Below, in pieces: positions 18,035 to 28,352 of a DNA stretch of 64,000 nt. The position numbers were made by a program, and so were the translations under genes. The stretch comes from Deltaproteobacteria bacterium HGW-Deltaproteobacteria-14 (GTDB lineage Bacteria > Myxococcota_A > UBA9042 > PHBI01). The stretch lies in NCBI GenBank assembly GCA_002841945.1, contig PHBI01000002.1, forward strand, positions 11,972 through 75,971. Direction: 5' to 3'. Position 1 is the stretch's first letter; each line of letters begins with the position of its first letter. The notes under the pieces were generated by a model. The model worked only from the letters and a program-made list of their open reading frames with translations, was not told the origin of the DNA and ran no database searches.

Positions 18035-20731
18035 GTGAGTGAAAGCAACCCAAGCGAAGCCACCATCCCAACCGCGGCAGCGCTTCGCCAACCCAGCATG
18101 ACCGGCACAGCGGCCGCGATGATAATCATCATCGTGCTGGTCGGCGTGGTGACCTTCGCATCAGGTCATTCGCTCATCGCGTCGCTTGTTGACGCGATGT
18201 CGAGCCCCGTGACGTGGGTGGTCTTCGCACTCGTGGTTTCGCTCGCGCTGGTGGGCGGGCACCTGCGAGGCCGGGGCCACCTTGCCGCGAAAGGAGTCGT
18301 GACGACCGCGAGGAGGATCGCCCGGCAACACGAACCAGCGGACGCGGACAGAGGGATCCCTCCTATCAAGCTCGATTCATTCGAGAGTGAGATCACCGAG
18401 CCGTATCTCATCGGGGTCTGGAAGGAATTCCGACGGAGTCTCGTGGACCGCGATGGGCGCTACTTCAAGGTCATGGACGCGAGCCGCTTCTTCGAAGACG
18501 ACGGGCTCGCGAGCGCCATCAAAGGGAGCGTGTGGCGGGCCGAGCCCAGCTACTCCTTCATCCACGAGTTGCCGGGCTTCATGGTCGGCCTCGGAATGCT
18601 CGGGACCTTCATTGGTATCGCCGTTGGGCTCGGACAACTCCAAGGGGTTGCGCAGGACGGCCAAGGCTTAGCCGTCGAGGGAGTGCAGAAGATCGCGCAG
18701 CACAGCACAGCCATCGTCGACAAGATTCCAAGCGTGATCGCTGGACTCGCGTCGGCGTTTTGGACGAGCATAATCGGCCTCATCGGGGCATCCCTGATGA
18801 CGTGGTTCAACCACAAGTCGGATAGTGCCCTGGGCAGCGCAATGGCGCTCTTTCGCCTCGAGCTCGACCGGTGCATCCCGCGGTCGAGCCAAGAGTTCTT
18901 CCTACGTCAGCAGACCTCGGCTCTACGAGAGATCAAGGACCTCCACGAGCAGGCGAATGACTTTCTTGGCGAAATGACGAACGATCTCGCAGACGAGATC
19001 GCGCGCGGCACTGGTGAGGTCATCGTCGGGCAGCTCTCCCCGATCCTGCACGGCATCGAGCGGGCCGTCAGAGAACAGATCGAGAACGCGGCTGTGCGCT
19101 CCGAGGACATGCTCCTTGCGCTCGTCGAGGAGCTGAAGGACAAGTTCGTAGCCGGATTGGACAACAGCGTCACCAAGATGGCGGCCCAGAACGAGCAGAT
19201 GACGAGCGCGTTCTCAGCGGTGACGCGCGACCTCGAGACGCACGTCGCAGGTGCGGTCTCCACATTCAGAGAGGGGATCGAGGGCGCCGGCGAGCACATG
19301 AACAAGGTGTTCGGCGAGACCTCGGACGCGTTCGCGGCAAAGCTCGGAGACGCGTCGACGGCGGTCGCCGAGTCACTCGGGGACAGCTCCAAGGCTCTCG
19401 CCAGCACGCTTGGCGTGGCGTCGAGCTCGTTGGCGTCATCGCTGGGCGACACATCTACCGCGTTCGCGAAGACGCTCGGCGAGTCCTCGAACGCCGTTGC
19501 GAACACGCTCGGGACGGCGTCGAGCTCGCTCGCTTCCTCGCTCGGGGACACCTCCAGGGCCTTCGCCAACACGCTCGGCGAATCCTCGAGCGCCGTTGCG
19601 AGCTCACTCGGGACGGCGTCGAAAGCATTGGCATCCTCACTCGAGAGTACGTCGAGCGCCTTCTCCGACAAGCTCAGCGAGGCTTCCGCCAATGTCGCAA
19701 CGTCGCTCGCGAGCGCTGCGACGAGCATGGCAGAGACCCTCGATGGTACAGTTGCCCGCGTCCGCGATGGGGTCTCCGACCTCGGAAGCCAGATGACTGA
19801 CGCGCTCACCGAGGCGACGACGGCAATGCGTCGGGGAATCGAAGGCGCACTGACGCCCCTCGAAGCCACCCTGCATACGCTCTCCGACGTCGTTGGCGCG
19901 CTTGGCGAGCAAGCGAGGATCCACGTCGACCTCCTCGAGCGCCACCAAACCACGGCTACGACCATGGGCGAGGCCGCGGAGAGGATAGCGCCCGCCCTCG
20001 AGTCCATCGTCGGTAGCCACCGCGAGTTGGCGTCGACGGTCCGCTCCCTCGAGCTGTTGTTCGACGAGCTCAGGACCACGCGAGACGCGCTCGCGGTCGT
20101 ACCCGGGGAGATTCGCGCTGGCCTCGGCGCCGCGACCGCGGAGCTGGCTGGAGCCGCGAACTCGCTGGCACCTGTGGCGGCCCAACTCGAGCGCTGGGGC
20201 GCGACCGTAGGCGAGTCACTCGAGGCACTCGAGAAGCAGGCCCAACTCCAACGCGAACAGCTCGAACAGCAGCGCGCAGCGACGAGGGAGCTCGGAGTTG
20301 TCGTCACGTCGTTCACGCCTGCGCTGAAGCAGGTCATTGGCTTCACGCAACAGCTCGAGGAGGTCGTCACGAGTATGGACGACGGGCTGGCCGAGCTCGC
20401 CGCCACACGCGGGACTCTCGAGAAGACGAACCTCGCGATCACGACCGGCCTCCGAACAGCGAGCGCGAACCTCAACGCCACAGCCGCTGGCCTCGGCCCT
20501 CTGACGGTGCAGATGCAGCGTTGGGCTGAAGCCAGCGGGAAGTCCCTCGAGGTGTTCGGCGCTACCATGCATGCGCACCTGCGCGATGCGCTGTCCGCGT
20601 TCGATGGCGCGCTGAGCGAGTCGGTTCGAGGGTTGGCGGAGGCCGGGGAGGAACTCATCGGAGTCGCCGACCGGATCAGCTTGCGGGTCGAGAGCATCGA
20701 GCGTTCAAACCCGCCACCGCGAGCCGCATAG
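18035..20731 (+). CDS. zorA: Zorya ZorA (MotA/TolQ/ExbB-like channel with long cytoplasmic tail)
   Basis: N-terminal TM segments; LPGFMVGLGMLGTFIGIAVGL and GLASAFWTSIIG channel motifs; roughly 600-aa helical tail; first gene of a zorABCD-ordered operon. Confidence 0.9.
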   Translation: MSESNPSEATIPTAAALRQPSMTGTAAAMIIIIVLVGVVTFASGHSLIASLVDAMSSPVTWVVFALVVSLALVGGHLRGRGHLAAKGVVTTARRIARQHEPADADRGIPPIKLDSFESEITEPYLIGVWKEFRRSLVDRDGRYFKVMDASRFFEDDGLASAIKGSVWRAEPSYSFIHELPGFMVGLGMLGTFIGIAVGLGQLQGVAQDGQGLAVEGVQKIAQHSTAIVDKIPSVIAGLASAFWTSIIGLIGASLMTWFNHKSDSALGSAMALFRLELDRCIPRSSQEFFLRQQTSALREIKDLHEQANDFLGEMTNDLADEIARGTGEVIVGQLSPILHGIERAVREQIENAAVRSEDMLLALVEELKDKFVAGLDNSVTKMAAQNEQMTSAFSAVTRDLETHVAGAVSTFREGIEGAGEHMNKVFGETSDAFAAKLGDASTAVAESLGDSSKALASTLGVASSSLASSLGDTSTAFAKTLGESSNAVANTLGTASSSLASSLGDTSRAFANTLGESSSAVASSLGTASKALASSLESTSSAFSDKLSEASANVATSLASAATSMAETLDGTVARVRDGVSDLGSQMTDALTEATTAMRRGIEGALTPLEATLHTLSDVVGALGEQARIHVDLLERHQTTATTMGEAAERIAPALESIVGSHRELASTVRSLELLFDELRTTRDALAVVPGEIRAGLGAATAELAGAANSLAPVAAQLERWGATVGESLEALEKQAQLQREQLEQQRAATRELGVVVTSFTPALKQVIGFTQQLEEVVTSMDDGLAELAATRGTLEKTNLAITTGLRTASANLNATAAGLGPLTVQMQRWAEASGKSLEVFGATMHAHLRDALSAFDGALSESVRGLAEAGEELIGVADRISLRVESIERSNPPPRAA
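19310..19738 (+). repeat. 13 x 33-bp (11-aa, hendecad) degenerate tandem repeat in the zorA tail
   Basis: Units include LGDASTAVAES / LGDSSKALAST / LGVASSSLASS / LGDTSTAFAKT / LGESSNAVANT / LGTASSSLASS. Confidence 0.9.
19898..20551 (+). repeat. Ancient tandem duplication of a 109-aa module in the zorA tail
   Basis: Ungapped alignment of 19898-20224 with 20225-20551; shared pattern AL..QA, PAL, EL..TR..L, I..GL..A, L.P...Q..RW....G.SLE. Confidence 0.8.
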
Positions 20732-20742
20732 CGAGGACGTGA

Positions 20743-21882
20743 ATGGGACGCCGGAGAGGTCAGCCCCTGTGGCAGAGCTACGCCGACCTGGCGATGGGGC
20801 TCATGGCGGTGTTCGTTCTGATTCTGGTCATTCTCCTGTGGGACCAGAACAGGCTCACGACCGACTTAGCTCAATCGAAGGAGCGGGCCGAGCAGGCACT
20901 CGAGGATGCGATGAAGCAACGGCAGCTCACGGAAGAGGCGCTTGAGTCCGTGACTCTCGAGAGGGCCGCGCTCGAGTCCGAGCGAGGGACCTTCGCCATT
21001 GAGCTGATGGAGCTGTTCGAAACGACGTACGACCTCGTACTCGCTCAGGATAACGCAGAGAACTGGCTCACTGCGGTCTTCGAGGAGGGCGACTGCCGGT
21101 TACGTATGACTGAGCGAGGTGAGCTGGTCATCGCGACGCCGGACGGCGGACGGGCTGCGGCCAGTCTGTACGAGTCGGGGCAGTTCGTCCTCAGCGTTGA
21201 GGGTCGTCAGGCGCTGCTCACGTGTCGGGACAATTTCCTGAAGCTCGCGCACTGTCTCACCCCCGAGGACAACGTCCCCGAGGCGGTGAGTGAGAGGCGC
21301 AAGCGGCTGTGCCCCGGTGTTGGGGTCCACAGCCTCGACATGGCTGTCCCGGTCTTGCGGGCGGGGATCGAGGCGCTCGTCCTGGAAGGAAACACCGACC
21401 AGATCCCGCTCGGAGGCGGTACCCCGAGCATCCGGGCCGGCGGCTACGGGGTGACTTACCCCACACCCGTGGCGCTGAGCTTCGTCGAGAACGCCTACCT
21501 TGGTGCGGAGCGGGCTCGGCAGGCGCTCGGGAACCTCATCGCGTTGGTCGCAGACGCGAATGAGGACCAGTGGGACGCGCTCGAGGTGATGATGAGCCGC
21601 GTCCGGATCGAGAGTCCGAGTTTCGGCCGCTTCCAGGCCGGTCCCCAAGAATGGCGGGAAGCAGGATGCGAGGGACCCGGGAGTTGCGCGGCGGCGCGGA
21701 ACCTGGCGCTCCGCGTACGGTGGCAGAAGCGTGCCCTCCGCCGGCCGTTCGAGCTCGTCCGTGAGCGGATCTGCGGGTTGCTCGTGACGCCCGACTCCTC
21801 GTTCGCAAAGGGACTCCTGAGCCAAGGACACACCCTCTTAGCCGAGCGCGAGCGCTTCGGCTGCCCGGAGACCGTCCCGTGA
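20743..21882 (+). CDS. zorB: Zorya ZorB (MotB/OmpA-like)
   Basis: TM helix WQSYADLAMGLMAVFVLILV with the conserved Asp; coiled coil; OmpA-like LEGNTD and ENAYLGAERAR. Confidence 0.9.
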   Translation: MGRRRGQPLWQSYADLAMGLMAVFVLILVILLWDQNRLTTDLAQSKERAEQALEDAMKQRQLTEEALESVTLERAALESERGTFAIELMELFETTYDLVLAQDNAENWLTAVFEEGDCRLRMTERGELVIATPDGGRAAASLYESGQFVLSVEGRQALLTCRDNFLKLAHCLTPEDNVPEAVSERRKRLCPGVGVHSLDMAVPVLRAGIEALVLEGNTDQIPLGGGTPSIRAGGYGVTYPTPVALSFVENAYLGAERARQALGNLIALVADANEDQWDALEVMMSRVRIESPSFGRFQAGPQEWREAGCEGPGSCAAARNLALRVRWQKRALRRPFELVRERICGLLVTPDSSFAKGLLSQGHTLLAERERFGCPETVP

Positions 21883-23120
21883 CATCGTTGCCACCCATCC
21901 CGACGCTCGCGACGTTCTCGCTACCTCGGCCCGTCGGACTGCGGCGCCTGAACCAGCGTGTTTTCCGGGGAGCCGGCGTGAAACCGCGGCCGTCGCAGCT
22001 CGAGCAGGCGCGCAAGCTGCTTGCCAGCGCGAAAGCAGGCGCACAGGTCGAGGTGACGTCGTCGGTGCTGTGCCGATGTCTCGTGTACATCCTCGGGGAA
22101 CGCCCAGACGACACGGAGCGTGACCTCATCGGGAGGCTCGTTCTCGGTTCACCACACGCGCGAGCCCGAGAACTGCTCGCGCTGTGGGAGAACGTGCCAT
22201 CGCGGCGCGCCGCGATCGCTGTGGCGCTCTCGTCGGCGCTCGACGCTCGCTCACGCCCTTTTGTGATGCCCGACTGGTTGCCCCGCACCGAACCCGAACG
22301 GCGCAGAGCCCTGGTAGCCCCGCATGCGTTCTGCCTTCGAGGGCTCGAGCGTAATCTTGGTTCCATCGACACCGTCGGGGACAGACTCGGCGTCGTCCTG
22401 CACAGCAGACTCGGCCATGAGCTCCTATTGCACGCGTTGGTGCACGGCTCTGACCGGTTCTGGGGGGCCCTTGGGTCCCCACTTGAGCTGCGAGAATGGG
22501 CTCGCCCCCGCGACACCCGAACCCAAGCGGCCATTGCGGACCGCCAACTCGTCGCCATTGGGCGCGGCGTAACCGCACCATACAACCTCCCGGATGACGC
22601 CGAGACCAAGCACCTGACCGAATGGGTCTTCTCGACGCTCCGATCGCCGGACACTCACGCTGCGCGCTGGGACGGCGTGTCCGATCGGGGGCGTGAGGTC
22701 TTCGACTGGCTGCTCATCCGAGATGAGATTGTCAAGATTCTCGCGCTCTTTGAGCAGCAGGCGACGCAGTCGGACCGGGGGGAGTTCTGGAAGAAGCAAG
22801 CGCACCGGATCCGCGACGCACGCTTCGTGGACCTTGATGAGATGGCGGTCTGTCTGATCGTGATTGGGGAGACCCTGGTCGTCGAGTTCGGAGACTACGC
22901 CAACGCGGGGTACGTGTACGGAGTGCCCGCGCATTCACCGTCGGTGAGGCGGCCAGCGAACCTTCCAAATAGGGCGGGGAGCTTCAAGCAGCGTGGATAT
23001 CACCTGAAAATCGGAGCGGTCGTGTACCCGTTCAAGGACCGGATCATCCACGCGGGGGACTGGCAGACGCGGACCGGACAGGCCATCGCACAGTGGGCGG
23101 CAGGGTGGAGCCGGCGGTAG
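21879..23120 (+). CDS. zorC: Zorya ZorC (EH-signature domain)
   Basis: RGEFWK, VVEFGDYANAGYVY and IIHAGDWQ (E...H signature); GTGA overlap with zorB. Confidence 0.85.
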   Translation: MTSLPPIPTLATFSLPRPVGLRRLNQRVFRGAGVKPRPSQLEQARKLLASAKAGAQVEVTSSVLCRCLVYILGERPDDTERDLIGRLVLGSPHARARELLALWENVPSRRAAIAVALSSALDARSRPFVMPDWLPRTEPERRRALVAPHAFCLRGLERNLGSIDTVGDRLGVVLHSRLGHELLLHALVHGSDRFWGALGSPLELREWARPRDTRTQAAIADRQLVAIGRGVTAPYNLPDDAETKHLTEWVFSTLRSPDTHAARWDGVSDRGREVFDWLLIRDEIVKILALFEQQATQSDRGEFWKKQAHRIRDARFVDLDEMAVCLIVIGETLVVEFGDYANAGYVYGVPAHSPSVRRPANLPNRAGSFKQRGYHLKIGAVVYPFKDRIIHAGDWQTRTGQAIAQWAAGWSRR

Positions 23121-23145
23121 TTGGCTGCTGAAGGTGGAGGATTGC

Positions 23146-26100
23146 GTGAGTTCCTACGACCAGCGTGGCGTACACCTTGAACTTTCAGGGGTGCCGCTCT
23201 CCACAGTGGCAACCGCGGCGCTGCGTGACGAGGGCTTCATTCCGTGGCGCGTCGCTCTCTCCGTGCTCGACGAAGCGTGCGACCTGAACGAGGTTTCGGC
23301 CCGGCTTTCGGCGCTCGACGGGACGTTCTCCGAGGAAGACCGCTCCGCGCTCGAGGCGCCTCTGGCCCAGCTCATGCCTCCCACAGTGCCCATGACCCTG
23401 TCGGTAGCCGTTCGTGGGGTGGCAGGACGGACTCGCTACGCGCTCTTAGGCGAGTGGGTAGGCCGGGATGGCTACCGAGTTGACCCGCCACCCGAGCGGC
23501 TGTCACCGGGGATCGTCCGGTGGCGGGAGTCCGACTGGCGCATTACCGCATCACAACTGGAGGTACTCGACTCGCTCGACGGCGTCGAGGGGCTGGGAGC
23601 AAATCGAAGCACCGACCTGGCGCACACCGAGCGGGTGACGTCGGCGGTGCTCGGCGGCGATGCCTCGGTAACACTCGGGCCAGGCTTGCGGTCTAGTCGG
23701 TTCGTTCGCGTCGACGCTGTGGCACCGATGTTTGCCCAGGCCGCACCAGGACGATATCGCATGATGCCAACGGTCGAGGGCATCACAAACGAGACGCTGT
23801 GGGGACAACTGCGGCGGAGCCGCGGGGCCGAGCAGGTGGTGTCGTACCGAGACCCAGATGGCGTCGCAACGAGAGTCGTCTTCACGAGTCGCGCGCAGGC
23901 CGCGATTGCAGATGTCCGCCGCGAAGCCGCACAGATGCTCACGCCACGTCGGGTCGCGCAGATCATGACGCGGCCACAAGACATCCTCGGAGAGAACCTC
24001 GACCTCTCCGGCTTGTCGGAGCGGGTGACGGGCTTCGGCCCGGTGGTGCTCGACGTGAGCTTCGAACCAGGCGAACTCGGCGGACGGGACTGGTGGGACT
24101 TCGACACAACTCTCGTGCTCGACGATGGAGTCGACACGTCGCTCGCCCTCGATCTGAGGGACGAGAACGTCGTACGCACCCTGGAGACCGCTATCGCTGC
24201 GGCGGACGCCGACGGCTCGGCCTTTATCCCGTGCCCCAACCGGGACGCGCTCATGCCGCTGACTGCGCTCCTACGCCAGGCAGTGGCCACGGCACGCGAA
24301 CGCCTGGATGGACTCAAGCCGGAACGGGCGGAGCCACAAGGTTTTCAGATCATCTACAACATCGAGGAGCTCGAGTTCGAGCAGTCGGAGGTAACGCCGG
24401 GCGGAACACCTCCGAGGAAGCCGCGGGGGCTGGCGCCAGGGTTCGAACTCCACGACCACCAGTTGGTCGGATTCTCATGGTTGCATGCGCTCGCGACGGC
24501 GCCAGGGGGCTCGCGGGGGGCGTTGCTCGCCGACGACATGGGGCTCGGGAAGACGCTTCAGGTCCTCGCGCTGCTCTCGGACATGCTCGAAGGGGGGCGT
24601 CCCGGCCCCCATCTGGTCGTTGGACCAGTCGCCGTTCTGACCAACTGGATGAGGGAGGCACGGCGGTTCTTCCAGGAACGACTGCCGTGCCTGCAAATCC
24701 AAGGTCAGTTCCTGCGCGGTGCGTCGCCGGCGATGTCCGCATCCGCACTGCAAACCCAGCGCGTCGTCGTCGCGAGCTACGAGACCCTACGCGTCAACGA
24801 GATCGCGTTCGCGAAGGTGAAGTGGGACACCGTCATCCTGGACGAAGCCCAGAAGGCGAAGAACCCAACGACCCAGATCGCTCGCGTCTTGAGGACGCTT
24901 CAAGCGCGCTTCCGGCTCGCCGTGACGGGTACCCCTGTCGAGAACAGCCTACGAGACCTGTGGACTCTGTACGACTGGGCTGTACCCGGTCTGCTTGGGC
25001 CACTCCGACAATTCCGTACCCGCTTCATGAAACCACTCGGCGACGGCGCGGATAGCGTGCAGCGCCGGGTACTCGCCGACGAGCTAACGAGCACGATCAA
25101 GCCGGTCTTCATGCGACGGCTCAAAGAAGACGCGCTCCAGGGGCTACCACCGATCCACCGGCACGACCACGTCGTCCCGCTCTCGCATGAGCAGGAACTC
25201 ATGTACGCCGCCGTCATCCGGTCGGTAGTTGACGGACGCGAGAAGCCCCTGGGGAGCCTCCCGCGGTTGTTCGGGATGTGCGCGCATCCAGACCTGACTC
25301 CGTGGTTCGACGACCTCCGTGCGCTTGCGGCGAGTTCTTTCCCAAAGGGTCAGAAGCTCTTCGAGCTCCTGGATGACGTCGCGGCGCGCGGCGAAAAGGC
25401 GCTTGTCTTCGCGAACCGGAAGGCCGTCCAACGTTGGATCGCGGACGAAGTCGCTCGCCGATACCAGGTTGCACGGCCTTTCGTTATCAATGGTTGCCTC
25501 GATGACTCGGCCGAGCGGTTGAGGCTCGTCGACTTGTTCCAGAGCCGCCCGGGCTTCGGGTGCATCGTCTTGGCTCCGCGTGCGGCCGGCGTTGGCCTCA
25601 ACATCACGGCGGCAAACCACGTCATCCACTACATGCGCGAGTGGAACCCCGCGGTCGAGAACCAGGCGACGGACCGCTGCTACCGCATTGGGCAGGTCCG
25701 CCCAGTCCATGTGCACACGATAACCGCACGTTCGCCGCGCGGCGTGACGGTCGAGGAGCGACTCGCGGAGCTACTCGAGGCCAAGCGCCGGCTGTTCGCC
25801 GACTTCATCGTGCCGCTTGGCGATGTTGAGGTCGCCCAAAGCGACCTGGTCAACACGGAGGGCTGGGACGAGACGACGGTGGACGGCGACGCAGATCTGT
25901 TCACCGACGCGATGTGGCCAGTTTTACGCTCGGTGCTCGAAGCCGACGCATCGATGCGCGCTGAGCCGCCCTGCGAACACCTCGATGGAGGCCGCGTGAT
26001 CGGGCTCGACGACGGGACCCTGTTCGCAGGCACGAAGGTGGTCCGGCTCGTCGATGGGACCCGCAGGGACGCGGACCGCCTCGAAGCGGCGCTCCGCAAG

Positions 26101-26181
26101 AAGGGGGAGTCAGTGGAGGTGGTGGATACGCGACATCCGACACTCGCGGCGCGGGCGCTGGGGCGTGCGCTGACGTGCTGA
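23146..26181 (+). CDS. zorD: Zorya ZorD SNF2 helicase; C-terminal nuclease motif not evident
   Basis: LLADDMGLGKT, ILDEAQKAKNP, TGTPVEN, GVGLNITAANHVIH and WNPAVENQATDRCYRIGQ. GTG at 23146 follows GGAGG (track start 23134). Confidence 0.85.
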   Translation: MSSYDQRGVHLELSGVPLSTVATAALRDEGFIPWRVALSVLDEACDLNEVSARLSALDGTFSEEDRSALEAPLAQLMPPTVPMTLSVAVRGVAGRTRYALLGEWVGRDGYRVDPPPERLSPGIVRWRESDWRITASQLEVLDSLDGVEGLGANRSTDLAHTERVTSAVLGGDASVTLGPGLRSSRFVRVDAVAPMFAQAAPGRYRMMPTVEGITNETLWGQLRRSRGAEQVVSYRDPDGVATRVVFTSRAQAAIADVRREAAQMLTPRRVAQIMTRPQDILGENLDLSGLSERVTGFGPVVLDVSFEPGELGGRDWWDFDTTLVLDDGVDTSLALDLRDENVVRTLETAIAAADADGSAFIPCPNRDALMPLTALLRQAVATARERLDGLKPERAEPQGFQIIYNIEELEFEQSEVTPGGTPPRKPRGLAPGFELHDHQLVGFSWLHALATAPGGSRGALLADDMGLGKTLQVLALLSDMLEGGRPGPHLVVGPVAVLTNWMREARRFFQERLPCLQIQGQFLRGASPAMSASALQTQRVVVASYETLRVNEIAFAKVKWDTVILDEAQKAKNPTTQIARVLRTLQARFRLAVTGTPVENSLRDLWTLYDWAVPGLLGPLRQFRTRFMKPLGDGADSVQRRVLADELTSTIKPVFMRRLKEDALQGLPPIHRHDHVVPLSHEQELMYAAVIRSVVDGREKPLGSLPRLFGMCAHPDLTPWFDDLRALAASSFPKGQKLFELLDDVAARGEKALVFANRKAVQRWIADEVARRYQVARPFVINGCLDDSAERLRLVDLFQSRPGFGCIVLAPRAAGVGLNITAANHVIHYMREWNPAVENQATDRCYRIGQVRPVHVHTITARSPRGVTVEERLAELLEAKRRLFADFIVPLGDVEVAQSDLVNTEGWDETTVDGDADLFTDAMWPVLRSVLEADASMRAEPPCEHLDGGRVIGLDDGTLFAGTKVVRLVDGTRRDADRLEAALRKKGESVEVVDTRHPTLAARALGRALTC

Positions 26182-26399
26182 CTGCGCCTTGCTTGAATGT
26201 GCAAGGGCGCCCACCCCTGCCACGCCTCGCATGGCGTCTGGGCCGATAACGGATCGGACGAGGACGGGCAATTTCCGCGGTGGTTCGGGCGGCCGCAGCG
26301 GTGTCGCATCTGTAGGCAGCGCCTACCTGACGGCCCGGCAGCCCCGCCCTCGCGAATGGAGCGGGGCTGTCGTGCATCGTCCTCGTCCTCGTCCTTGCC

Positions 26400-28352
26400 T
26401 CACGTGTTGGGGTTCGCGGCCACGGTTCCGTCGACGCGGGGTGGGCGGGGCCAGAGAGCCAGCGCCTCCTCGAAGAGTCGGCGGCCACGGGTCCGAATCG
26501 CTGCCTCGTCCCAGGTCTCGGCGTCCTGGAACCAGGTGTTGATGCGAATGAGGCTTTGCTGGGCGATCTCGGGCCGCTTGGTGGCGTAGGGGCCGTTGCT
26601 CACCGACGAGTTGAGGGCCTGGGTAAGAAGTGTCAGGTTTCCGAACGTGTGGATGACGCGGTTTCGCTGCTCGATCGCCGACTCGTGCCCGTCGACGACC
26701 TCGACCTCAGCCGGCGCGGGCCACGCGGTCTCCCACCTGACCGGCATGACGTGCTCGACCGAGAGTGGGCCAATGTACTGGATGTTCTCCTGCTTCACGC
26801 CGTGGAGCTGTCGGTTCAGCGCTTGGAGGATGAGCGCGACGCGGCTGCTCTGCACTTCGTTGTAGATGGGTCGATCCAGCCAATGGCGCTCAAAGAGGGC
26901 GTCATCCGGCCAGACCATCGCGCTGGAGTGGCCTTCTGCGAGGTAGTCGCTCACGAGGCCGCGGTCGATCTTGTCCGCGGCGTGCAGGCGTCGGAGCAGG
27001 CCGACAAAGACCTTCACGTAGCTCTTGGTGGGGAGGTTGCACACGAAACGGCGTACGAGATACGACTCCAGGTCGCAGAAGATGCCGGGCAGCGCGTCGG
27101 GATCGACACGATCGCCGGCGCTGACCATGAGGAAGAGGAGAATCGGGTACACGCTGCTGATGTCGAGCCCCTTGAGGCGTCGTGCGAACGCGGCCCACGG
27201 GAAATCGTCCTTGGGCTCCACCAGGTTTGCGAACACGTCGCTGTGGGTGCGGATGAACAGGAGCGCATCCTCCGCGTCGCGCTCTTCGGTCCCCTCCCAC
27301 CAGTCTCGGAACGCTCGGTACAGTCGGCCGACGCTGATCTCGTCGTCCATCTGCGACTGGAGATAGTGGTAGATGAAGATGTCCAGCATGGGCTGCTTCG
27401 CACCACCCAGGCGGACACGGCGCTTCCAGAAACGTTCCTCGGCTTTGCTCCCAGGCGTGGTCACTGGGCGCTCGTCGTACTCGCGCCAGAAGGTGTTGTA
27501 GAGTTCCGTCTGGTCCTTGCCTTGGGCCGTCGCTCGCATGAACGCGAAGTTACGGATGAGGTCTGATGGGAGCAGCGGCTCTCCACGCGCGTTCAGCGAC
27601 TCGAAGATCACCTGCGGGTCATCATCGTTCTGGAGCTCGATCTGTACCAGCAGGACATGCCGCCGGAGCGCGTTGTAGAGGGCCTGGGCGCGAGCCGCCA
27701 TCATCGCGTCGATGCCGTCCTCGACGTCGGTAAAGAACCCGTCCATCACGTCGTGGAAGTAGAGATACGCCTCGACAAGCGCGGGCCGCGGATCGGGTTG
27801 CCGTGCGTACTTGCGTCGTTTGAGCGGGAACGCATCCATCGCGGCAGCTGGGGAGCCGGCCGTCATCAGCTTCTCGAAGACGGTGCGATCGGTGTTCGTC
27901 GGCCAGACCTTGAAGACCTCGTGGGCGCCTCCGACGACTCCCTCATTGCGGGTCAGCCGAGCGAGGTCGTTGACGATCGCCTTGAGCGGATCCTGGCCTT
28001 GGTCTTCCGGCCTGGGGGCGTTCGCCAGACAATCGCGGAAGGCCGCCAGCACGATCTGCAAGGTCGTGAGGCGCTGCTGGCCATCGATGACCTCGGCGGC
28101 GTCGATGTGTGAGCCGAACGTCGCGAGCTGCCGGGTGACGATGGCGCCGAGGAAGTGGTTCTGCACGACGCCGTTCTTCTTGCCGGAGCGGCCCTCGTGG
28201 TCGAGGACCGCTCGGGCCCGCTCCACGATGTCGTTCCAGAGCGGCTGCCACTGCTTGTCCTTGGACCACACGTAGGGTCGTTGGAACAACGGCACGCAGT
28301 ACTGGCGCTCCTTGCGGAAGATGTCGAAGATGGCCGTCTTGCTCGTCTCCAT
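26400..28352 (-). CDS. GmrSD-family type IV restriction endonuclease (DUF262 + DUF1524/HNH)
   Basis: VPLFQRPYVW, IDGQQRLTT, FESLNARG; C-terminal VEHVMP, GNLTLL and NSSVSN. Confidence 0.92.
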   Translation of the reverse strand: METSKTAIFDIFRKERQYCVPLFQRPYVWSKDKQWQPLWNDIVERARAVLDHEGRSGKKNGVVQNHFLGAIVTRQLATFGSHIDAAEVIDGQQRLTTLQIVLAAFRDCLANAPRPEDQGQDPLKAIVNDLARLTRNEGVVGGAHEVFKVWPTNTDRTVFEKLMTAGSPAAAMDAFPLKRRKYARQPDPRPALVEAYLYFHDVMDGFFTDVEDGIDAMMAARAQALYNALRRHVLLVQIELQNDDDPQVIFESLNARGEPLLPSDLIRNFAFMRATAQGKDQTELYNTFWREYDERPVTTPGSKAEERFWKRRVRLGGAKQPMLDIFIYHYLQSQMDDEISVGRLYRAFRDWWEGTEERDAEDALLFIRTHSDVFANLVEPKDDFPWAAFARRLKGLDISSVYPILLFLMVSAGDRVDPDALPGIFCDLESYLVRRFVCNLPTKSYVKVFVGLLRRLHAADKIDRGLVSDYLAEGHSSAMVWPDDALFERHWLDRPIYNEVQSSRVALILQALNRQLHGVKQENIQYIGPLSVEHVMPVRWETAWPAPAEVEVVDGHESAIEQRNRVIHTFGNLTLLTQALNSSVSNGPYATKRPEIAQQSLIRINTWFQDAETWDEAAIRTRGRRLFEEALALWPRPPRVDGTVAANPNT

